Part shown: in pieces, positions 58,107-64,000 of the stretch
Layout of the letters: each line of letters starts with the position of its first letter
Numbering within the stretch: position 1 is the stretch's first letter
Source: a virus
Lineage: Duplodnaviria > Caudoviricetes
IMG/VR virus record: IMGVR_UViG_3300025892_000008
Strand: one strand, 5' to 3'
DNA: 64,000 nucleotides
Translations under genes and position numbers: made by a program
Notes under the pieces: model-generated
The model's input: the letters and a program-made list of their open reading frames with translations, nothing else
The model's database searches: none
What the model was told of the DNA's origin: nothing

Positions 58107-60770
58107 TTACTCAAAATCAAATAAACTGTTAAAGTTATTATCATTACGTGTTTGACTTATGTCCCATTCCAAAACGCCAATTAAGTTTTTAAGTTTTTCA
58201 TCGATAACTGTGTTTTCCATAGTAGCATCATCGAATGGTAACTCTTTGAACCAATCCGGAAGTCTTAGTTCGTCAACCGGATATGCTACACTGGTGTAAG
58301 CCATTGGATTATCTTTAACCTTACATACAATAACTTTTGCACCATCTGTTATGTTTACTGAGTACTTGTCGCCGTTCATACGTTTAAGTGTATTCCAATT
58401 GATACTTGCTCTTACGTGTCCAGGCATATTCACCTTACCTGCTTTCTTTTCCTTTGCTCCATACTCTGTAATCTTATTTGCACGCTTAGGAGAACCTTTC
58501 TCCCAACCTGGACGTGACTTAAACTCTGTTCTAAATTCAGTAATGTAGTCTAGTACATCTTCTTTGTCTTTACCTGCTAGTACCATTTCTAATACATTAC
58601 TCAAAAAGTCTTGAATAACAACAGGAGTATCAGAACGTTTCAAGTCTAAGCCCATTGCTTTAATCTTGCCTGCCTTGCCTTCTGTATCTGTTCTAAATCC
58701 TTCAATGTCATAGTATAACACTGCATAACGTTTCTTTGTAATAAACAGACCTTTACTTGCAACAATCTCTCTAGCAGCCGCAATAACTTCGGAACGTTTT
58801 TTAGGACAATGAAATGCTTGGCTCATAAACTTAGGAAATGTTGCATTAGCATTTTCGCCGATTGTATCATATAGTTCTATAACGCTGTCTTTTGTCCACG
58901 GAATACTACCTGCTTCAATATCTTTTTTCAGTGTGCTATACGCACTGAAGTATGTAGAGTCAGTGTCACCATAAACAATTGCTTTGCCTGTATGATCATA
59001 TTCGCCTGTTACTATCTCATTGATCTTAGCAGCCATATGTTTTGTGATACTTCTTCCTGTAAGTGTAACACTTTGACCGATCCTATTATCGAAAAACCTA
59101 CAACCAGGATTAAGAATAGCGCCATACAAACTGTTAAGTAGAATTTTCTTAACCAACTGTCGCTTTGCCCAGTATTCTTCTTCAATTTTGTTTCCTGCAT
59201 TTTGACTTTCTTTCTGTTTAGCCTGCATTTCTTTACGTTCTTTGTACCAACGTGCAAGTAGTCCAGGAATAATACCTTCTTTTTCGTATGTAAAGATTGT
59301 ACCATTAGCACTTAGCATCCAAGGTTGATTGCTTTCGTAGATTAAATCATATATCTGTGCGGCACTAAGTTTGTCATTGTCGCCATTTTCCCAGTCGACA
59401 GTAATCTCTCTGCTAATCTCTTTGTCCATTACAGAACTATATTCAACACTACCAAACATACCTTCCCATGCACTTGCAAATGATTTGCCCTTTGCCATCT
59501 GTCCATCGATATGTGCTTTTGTTCCTTCTTGACGTAGTTGTCCGACTACAGTCTCAGGACCCATATTCAATGCTCTAATAACAGACGGATACAGTGAATT
59601 CAAGTCAACACTGCCAATCCATTCATGAATACCTTTTTTAGGATAAGCAACATAAGCACCTGCCGCAGGCTCACTGCCTGGCTCACGTTTTACTCTGTTC
59701 GGAACAATCATTCCACGTCTGTGTGCTTCGTTGATAATACCTTGTTCTGTAACTGCAACAGCACCCATTGTTGTTTGTATAAGAACTGTGTTTTCATGTG
59801 CAATAGTATTTGCAAGATCGATAAACTTTAGTTTCTTGTCTAGTTTGTCAAGTAGTGCAGTATCTTGTCTATTGTATTCGATGAATGTTCTAAAGTCGTT
59901 GTTGTATAGTGCATCAAGACTACCTTCATAAACAGTTTTCTTTTCACCTACTTCTAGTTCACCAATAGCATCTAGTCTGTATGTATGGCGTTCTTCATAG
60001 TTGTACTTACGATATAGTTCTAAACTATCTACGTGTACACGACCAATTAGATCATATGTTTGTGATTCCTTACCAAACTTTTCATATATTCTTTTCTTAG
60101 GCTTTTGATCCCACAAGCACAAGCGTCTAGTATCATCTGCGCTTAATACTTTAATGATACGGTTAACAGTGTAAGGCATATCATAACCTTCACTGTTCCA
60201 ACCACTTAGTACATCAGCATCTTGAATAAGATCTAAAAAAGCATCAAGCATATCTGCTTCATTGTCATACAGTATTGTATTTGGAATACCTTCAATTGCT
60301 TTTTGTGCTTCTGCCATTGAAAGTGTCTTAGGAGGAATAGCCAAACAAATAAGTTCATCTAGCCACTGTAAATGCACAGCAATTGATGTAATAGGCATAA
60401 ACGCATCTTCTGGACTTGCGTACCCACGCTCAGGATCAAAGTCAACCTCGATATCCCAAAACGCTACATTTAGTTTAGGAGCATCAACGTTTAAATAGTT
60501 GTCTTCTAAACAGCGATAAATTGGATTTATATCGCTTTCATATAATTTATGATTAGAATGAATTGCAAGTTCCTTGCGCAATTCCTTAATGTTTTTTGCA
60601 GTTACACGCTGTAAAGGATCACCGTAAATAGATTGATGTTTGCCTCTTGGGTCTTTATAATAAAATACGTGTCTTGGGGAATATTCTGTAAAATGTCTTT
60701 TATTGTTTTTTCTTTCTACTACTCGAATAGTATCTTCACTTCGATCATAGAATGCATCTACGTAACTCAT
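58107..60770 (-). CDS. Family B DNA polymerase with 3'-5' exonuclease (gp43-like)
   Basis: ExoI WDIEVD, ExoII GWNSEGYDMPY, ExoIII YNRQD, motif A DLNSLYPS, motif B KILLNSLYG, motif C YGDTDS. C-terminal clamp-type motif NSLFDF. ATG 60770 follows an AGGAG SD. Confidence 0.95.
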   Translation of the reverse strand: MSYVDAFYDRSEDTIRVVERKNNKRHFTEYSPRHVFYYKDPRGKHQSIYGDPLQRVTAKNIKELRKELAIHSNHKLYESDINPIYRCLEDNYLNVDAPKLNVAFWDIEVDFDPERGYASPEDAFMPITSIAVHLQWLDELICLAIPPKTLSMAEAQKAIEGIPNTILYDNEADMLDAFLDLIQDADVLSGWNSEGYDMPYTVNRIIKVLSADDTRRLCLWDQKPKKRIYEKFGKESQTYDLIGRVHVDSLELYRKYNYEERHTYRLDAIGELEVGEKKTVYEGSLDALYNNDFRTFIEYNRQDTALLDKLDKKLKFIDLANTIAHENTVLIQTTMGAVAVTEQGIINEAHRRGMIVPNRVKREPGSEPAAGAYVAYPKKGIHEWIGSVDLNSLYPSVIRALNMGPETVVGQLRQEGTKAHIDGQMAKGKSFASAWEGMFGSVEYSSVMDKEISREITVDWENGDNDKLSAAQIYDLIYESNQPWMLSANGTIFTYEKEGIIPGLLARWYKERKEMQAKQKESQNAGNKIEEEYWAKRQLVKKILLNSLYGAILNPGCRFFDNRIGQSVTLTGRSITKHMAAKINEIVTGEYDHTGKAIVYGDTDSTYFSAYSTLKKDIEAGSIPWTKDSVIELYDTIGENANATFPKFMSQAFHCPKKRSEVIAAAREIVASKGLFITKKRYAVLYYDIEGFRTDTEGKAGKIKAMGLDLKRSDTPVVIQDFLSNVLEMVLAGKDKEDVLDYITEFRTEFKSRPGWEKGSPKRANKITEYGAKEKKAGKVNMPGHVRASINWNTLKRMNGDKYSVNITDGAKVIVCKVKDNPMAYTSVAYPVDELRLPDWFKELPFDDATMENTVIDEKLKNLIGVLEWDISQTRNDNNFNSLFDFE

Positions 60771-60775
60771 TTTTT

Positions 60776-60829
60776 CTCCTATATGCAATTTCAGGCTTGC
60801 AAATACCAATGTGTCGCTTAATGGCCGAC
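60776..60829 (-). promoter_or_regulatory. Structured 5' leader of the polymerase gene (candidate translational operator)
   Basis: Hairpin UGCAA-GCCUGAAA-UUGCA (60784-60801) just before the SD; second hairpin GUCG...CGAC (60813-60829). Confidence 0.5.
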
Positions 60830-60849
60830 TTTACCTTCTTCGTTAGTAC

Positions 60850-61104
60850 TTATACAGCAAAAACGTTGATTAAATGTTTTGTGACTCCGTATATATAAAT
60901 TAACGAAAGCACACCATTCAAAACAATTAAACTTTTCTCTTTCCACAATATACCAACACTTGTCCAAATAACAGATGCAAAAAAGAAACCATATACTCCA
61001 TACATCTCATTTGGAAATGTACTAATGAGCATAGCGGCTGTTAGCAATACAGTTGTACCTGCCCATGCTAACGGTTGGTAAGGTTTACTCGCTTGTGTCG
61101 TCAT
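60850..61104 (-). CDS. Small membrane protein (about three TM helices)
   Basis: Three hydrophobic segments in about 84 aa. Confidence 0.7.
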   Translation of the reverse strand: MTTQASKPYQPLAWAGTTVLLTAAMLISTFPNEMYGVYGFFFASVIWTSVGILWKEKSLIVLNGVLSLIYIYGVTKHLINVFAV

Positions 61105-61372
61105 TATCAATTTCTTCAATGTTATCAGGTTTCAAAATAGGCATACCACCGTTATCAAAATAACGCCCATCGTCTGTAATATAAATGTGTGTTGTAATAT
61201 TAGATCCATCAATAGCAGACTTTTTATAGATACGCTTTTTCTTAATAGTACCTTTATAGTCTGTGTAATCAGCATTCACTAAACGTACTTTATCATTTAT
61301 GCCACCATAGATCCTATCAGCAGGTTCGCCACCTGGACCAATATGGTTTGAAACTATAAGTGTATTACCCAT
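61085..61372 (-). CDS. Hypothetical protein
   Basis: Overlapping starts and stops with both neighbours. Confidence 0.65.
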   Translation of the reverse strand: MGNTLIVSNHIGPGGEPADRIYGGINDKVRLVNADYTDYKGTIKKKRIYKKSAIDGSNITTHIYITDDGRYFDNGGMPILKPDNIEEIDNDDTSE

Positions 61373-61592
61373 TGCGTTCATCTATTACTTTTTTAATGTG
61401 TATAAGGTGATCAGGAACTTCCCAATTAAACACTGATGCTAAGTTTACACCACTGTTTTCATAATCTAGATCTTTCACACCTTTTTTCATACCAAACCCT
61501 AGTCCACCTTTTGTCTTAATATGTCTTTTAGGGTCATATTGAGATTCATCTTTATATTGCACTTTTTTAATTCTCTTTCTTTGTTTAGGCAT
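61365..61592 (-). CDS. Hypothetical basic protein
   Basis: 75 aa, directly downstream of a sigma70 promoter. Confidence 0.65.
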   Translation of the reverse strand: MPKQRKRIKKVQYKDESQYDPKRHIKTKGGLGFGMKKGVKDLDYENSGVNLASVFNWEVPDHLIHIKKVIDERNG

Positions 61593-61599
61593 TGTTATA

Positions 61600-61628
61600 A
61601 TAGTAACACAATTATATTACATTGTCAA
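61600..61628 (-). promoter_or_regulatory. Sigma70 promoter
   Basis: TTGACA (61628-61623), 17-nt spacer, TACTAT (61605-61600), then 7 nt to ATG 61592. Confidence 0.8.
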
Positions 61629-61635
61629 GTTATTT

Positions 61636-61917
61636 TTACCACCAACCTGCTGCTATACCGTATCCAAATACGTTAACACAAGCAAAGTAGAAAGTTAATA
61701 GTGTTACCCATGCTGCACCTCTACGTAACGATGCATAGCATTGAGTAATACTACCTACAAAGAATCCTGGATATACTATAAGCATATTAGGATCCCTAGC
61801 AGTAAGAGCAAGAGTCATACTTGCACCTACTGTAAAGATAAAACTTATTAATTCGAAACCAAAAGCAACTTTATCGCTTTGGTAAGAATTAACCCAAAAG
61901 TTTTTTATCTTTTCCAA
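61636..61917 (-). CDS. Small membrane protein (about three TM helices)
   Basis: 93 aa, hydrophobic, TTG start right after the upstream stop. Confidence 0.7.
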   Translation of the reverse strand: MEKIKNFWVNSYQSDKVAFGFELISFIFTVGASMTLALTARDPNMLIVYPGFFVGSITQCYASLRRGAAWVTLLTFYFACVNVFGYGIAAGWW

Positions 61918-62208
61918 TTATTCGTCATCCACACGTGGACCTGAAACATCATCAGGAAGATTTTTAGTAATACCTAAAATACCTTCAATGTCACTCCATT
62001 CTTCTTCGTGTTTTGCCCAATCACCTTTGTGTGCAATTTTAATTGCTTTATTAATTGTGCTTGGTTTAATTTGTAGTTCTTCTGCTACTGCTTTTACAGT
62101 ATCTTTAAGTCCTTCGTTCAAATCTTCTACTTCACGTAGTACAGTTGAACCTTCGCTAATTAGTCTTTCTAATTTCGCTTTTTCTTCGGGGCCATAACTT
62201 TTTGACAT
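61918..62208 (-). CDS. T4 DsbA-like dsDNA-binding protein
   Basis: KLERLISEG...LNEGLKDTVKAVAEELQIKPSTINKAIKIAHK helical pattern; AGGAG SD. Confidence 0.6.
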   Translation of the reverse strand: MSKSYGPEEKAKLERLISEGSTVLREVEDLNEGLKDTVKAVAEELQIKPSTINKAIKIAHKGDWAKHEEEWSDIEGILGITKNLPDDVSGPRVDDE

Positions 62209-62233
62209 ATCATTCTCCTGGTTTGAGTTTATT

Positions 62234-62262
62234 ATTATACACTATTTAGGTTTGTGTGTCAA
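62234..62262 (-). promoter_or_regulatory. Sigma70 consensus promoter with a nested TAAATA
   Basis: TTGACA (62262-62257), 17-nt spacer, TATAAT (62239-62234); TAAATA at 62248-62243 inside the spacer. Confidence 0.85.
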
Positions 62263-62265
62263 CAC

Positions 62266-62799
62266 TTACTTGTAGATTTTCCAACCATTTTTATCAACTA
62301 AATTCAAAATAAATATTTTTTCTTTGTTGTAGTCGTGTTGTCCTTTGTTTCTGGTTTCGTAGAATGTTCTAGTTTCTTTAAAATCAAAACCAAAAATATT
62401 AACTTGTTTATTATTCGTTTCACTTAGATAATACAAAACCTGTAATCCTGTAGATGGTGGCGCATTAAGATTATTTTCTAACCATTGTGATTGAAACAAA
62501 GGTAAGATTATTCTTTTTGCTTTAAATTTTGCTTTTTTTATTTTATATTCCAATTCCTTTTTAGTAGGAGTGAATATTAAAGTATGGAATTTTGGTGTTT
62601 CAGAATTATATTTTTCAAAAGTGTTTACTTCACTTGAAGCCAAAAAGTCCCAACGACTTCCTTGAGATTCTTCATTAATTATACCTGCTCGATTAAATCT
62701 TACAGTAGGAAGACTATCAATAATGTGTCCGTTAGTTTTTGAAAATATACTTTCTGCGTTGCCAATTACATTTAAAGCCTGATTTAAATCTGTTAACAT
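62266..62799 (-). CDS. GT29 sialyltransferase-like protein
   Basis: Sialylmotif L-like VIGNAESI...GHIIDS..TVRFN, S-like PSTGLQVLYYL...VNIFGFDF, VS-like HDYNKE. Confidence 0.7.
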   Translation of the reverse strand: MLTDLNQALNVIGNAESIFSKTNGHIIDSLPTVRFNRAGIINEESQGSRWDFLASSEVNTFEKYNSETPKFHTLIFTPTKKELEYKIKKAKFKAKRIILPLFQSQWLENNLNAPPSTGLQVLYYLSETNNKQVNIFGFDFKETRTFYETRNKGQHDYNKEKIFILNLVDKNGWKIYK

Positions 62800-62804
62800 A
62801 CAGG

Positions 62805-62810
62805 TATTTA
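62805..62810 (-). promoter_or_regulatory. TAAATA promoter core, 5 nt before the GT29-like ATG
   Basis: TAAATA-CCTGT-ATG, just downstream of a terminator; no SD. Confidence 0.6.
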
Positions 62811-62814
62811 CGTC

Positions 62815-62846
62815 ATAAAAAAAGCCGGCAGTTGAATACCGGCTTT
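62815..62846 (-). terminator. Intrinsic (rho-independent) terminator
   Basis: Minus strand AAAGCCGG-TATTCAACTG-CCGGCTTT running into a T tract, right after the 62870 stop. Confidence 0.85.
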
Positions 62847-62869
62847 AGTTTGTATTTAAATTCTTTTTG

Positions 62870-63808
62870 TTAGCAGTCTGGACCGCAGTTGCAGTCGTCA
62901 CCGCATTTGCCTTTACAAGCACACTCTGGACCACAATTGCAGTCCTTGCCTTCAGTTAAGCCTTTTTCCACAACGTCATACATTTCAAAACGTCCGCCGT
63001 TTCTTTCATATAGTATAGCAGCAAAAATTTCTTGCTTGTTTGTTTCTTCTACTTTTGTTACAGCGACTCTATTAGCCCAATTCCAAAGAACATCATCCAT
63101 TGGATCAATTGCTTGTTGTCCGCCACTTTCTTTAACCATTTTAAACATTTCGATAAATGTCATTTTAGGTTCTACTGATTCTTTAACAGTTTTCTTTTTC
63201 TTTTTGCCGTAAGCACCTTCGTCCATGTCTTTTTCTTTATCATCGGACGTCTTGCCTTTTTTCTTATCTAGCATTTTTTGGAATGCTGCTTTTTGTTTAG
63301 CAGACTGTGCTTCTACAATTTCGCCGTCCATGTCTTTAAATGTCACAGATTCATTTTTAGATTCATCTTTCTTCTTGTATTCTTCCATACAAGATTCGCA
63401 CATTTCTTTTAGTTCTTTCTGATCGCAGTCTGGGTGTGCTTCGCACATTTCTTTCACACTCATGCCCTTACCACACATCATTAAGATGCTTTTCTTGCTA
63501 GGTAATTTTTTAGGTTTCTTTTCTGCTTTAATAATTTGCTCTGCTTCTTTAACAGGCTCTTTCTTTTTCTTAGCATCTTTAGCAGCCTTCTTCATGGGCT
63601 CTTTCTTGTCGCCATCTTTGTCCATATCAAGAAAGTCTGGTTTTGCTGCTTCTTTTACTTTTGTATCTTTTTTTGCTTCGGTAACTACTTGTTTAGCACC
63701 TAGCGCAATACCTGTTGATTCCGCCAGTGTTGAATAATGCTGTAAATCTTGACTTGGCGTAGTCGGATCTAAGTCACGCATTTTTGTTATAATTTTTCTA
63801 AAGTCCAT
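62870..63808 (-). CDS. Charged (Lys/Glu-rich) protein with a DxDxDG motif and Cys-rich tail; possibly head-assembly related
   Basis: DFLDMDKDGDKKE, low-complexity charged body, C-terminal 8-Cys segment; TAAATA promoter upstream. Confidence 0.7.
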   Translation of the reverse strand: MDFRKIITKMRDLDPTTPSQDLQHYSTLAESTGIALGAKQVVTEAKKDTKVKEAAKPDFLDMDKDGDKKEPMKKAAKDAKKKKEPVKEAEQIIKAEKKPKKLPSKKSILMMCGKGMSVKEMCEAHPDCDQKELKEMCESCMEEYKKKDESKNESVTFKDMDGEIVEAQSAKQKAAFQKMLDKKKGKTSDDKEKDMDEGAYGKKKKKTVKESVEPKMTFIEMFKMVKESGGQQAIDPMDDVLWNWANRVAVTKVEETNKQEIFAAILYERNGGRFEMYDVVEKGLTEGKDCNCGPECACKGKCGDDCNCGPDC

Positions 63809-63831
63809 AGTAGTTTCCTTTGTATAGTAAG

Positions 63832-63837
63832 TATTTA
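63832..63837 (-). promoter_or_regulatory. TAAATA promoter core
   Basis: Overlaps the upstream stop, ahead of the AAGGA SD and ATG 63808. Confidence 0.55.
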
Positions 63838-63999
63838 TCTTCTTACTGGGTTCTCTCCAAATATACTGTTCTTCATATCTAGTGCATTTTTAGCAGTTCC
63901 GTTACCCGTTTTTGGTTGTTTAACCACTGGTTGCGGCGGTGCTTTTGTGCCTGATTTTCCACCCCATGGATTACCTGTATAGCTCTTCTTACCACGTGC
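63835..63999 (-). CDS. Partial CDS (C-terminus), hypothetical
   Basis: Open frame ARGKKSYTGNPWGGKSGTKAPPQP...IFGENPVRR* running off the window edge. Confidence 0.6.
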   Translation of the reverse strand, partial: ARGKKSYTGNPWGGKSGTKAPPQPVVKQPKTGNGTAKNALDMKNSIFGENPVRR

Positions 64000-64000
64000 T

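Noticed and set aside
58107-60770. Intein or intron in the DNA polymerase
   Set aside because: The ORF is continuous at about 887 aa, with no splice-junction or homing-endonuclease motifs. The extra segment after motif A looks like an ordinary insertion.
60771-60840. PreQ1 riboswitch or self-cleaving ribozyme in the polB leader
   Set aside because: The sequence does not match the preQ1-I, twister, pistol or hammerhead cores as I recall them; it is kept only as a candidate operator.
62853-62858. Extra TAAATA just upstream of the terminator hairpin
   Set aside because: It would give a transcript of only about 30 nt, and the hexamer is common by chance at this AT content.
44144-63737. Plus-strand ORFs in the minus-strand block (e.g. 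47738..48121, 55711..56145, 62889..63212)
   Set aside because: They are antisense shadows of well-supported genes such as queE, the dpdA-like gene and polB.
1-64000. Stop-codon reassignment, tRNA genes, CRISPR array, DGR or IS elements
   Set aside because: Very long ORFs are intact in the standard code and all three stops end genes. No cloverleaf, repeat-spacer array, reverse transcriptase or transposase was seen by eye.

Overview
This window is a segment of a large, AT-rich, T4-like (contractile-tailed) jumbo-type bacteriophage genome, read in the standard genetic code. It has two convergent blocks. The plus-strand block (1-43663) holds baseplate genes (gp5/VgrG-like, gp25-like, gp6-like), a 4978-aa structural protein, four paralogous tail-fibre proteins plus a chaperone, two paralogous structural proteins, and an 11.6-kb cluster of glycosyltransferase-like genes, two radical-SAM genes, an SGNH-like gene and a UDP-sugar dehydrogenase. 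The minus-strand block (43647-64000) holds conserved hypotheticals, a 5'-3' exonuclease, and a 7-deazaguanine DNA-modification neighbourhood (QueE, FolE, a QueD-like protein with LxxxHRHxF, and a TGT/DpdA-like transglycosylase) interleaved with a GT-B glycosyltransferase, PRTase, HIT, cupin and MBD4-like glycosylase. It continues into a sliding clamp, a family-B DNA polymerase, a DsbA-like protein and a GT29 sialyltransferase-like gene. Best candidates for something undescribed: a possibly glycosylated and clamp-coupled deazaguanine modification system; repeated leaderless gene starts at fixed distance from TAAATA and sigma70 promoters; a ~106-nt three-way-junction RNA-like structure; a T4 gene-43-like operator hairpin; and a possible virion glycosylation system. 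All calls come from motif recognition by eye; no database search was run.
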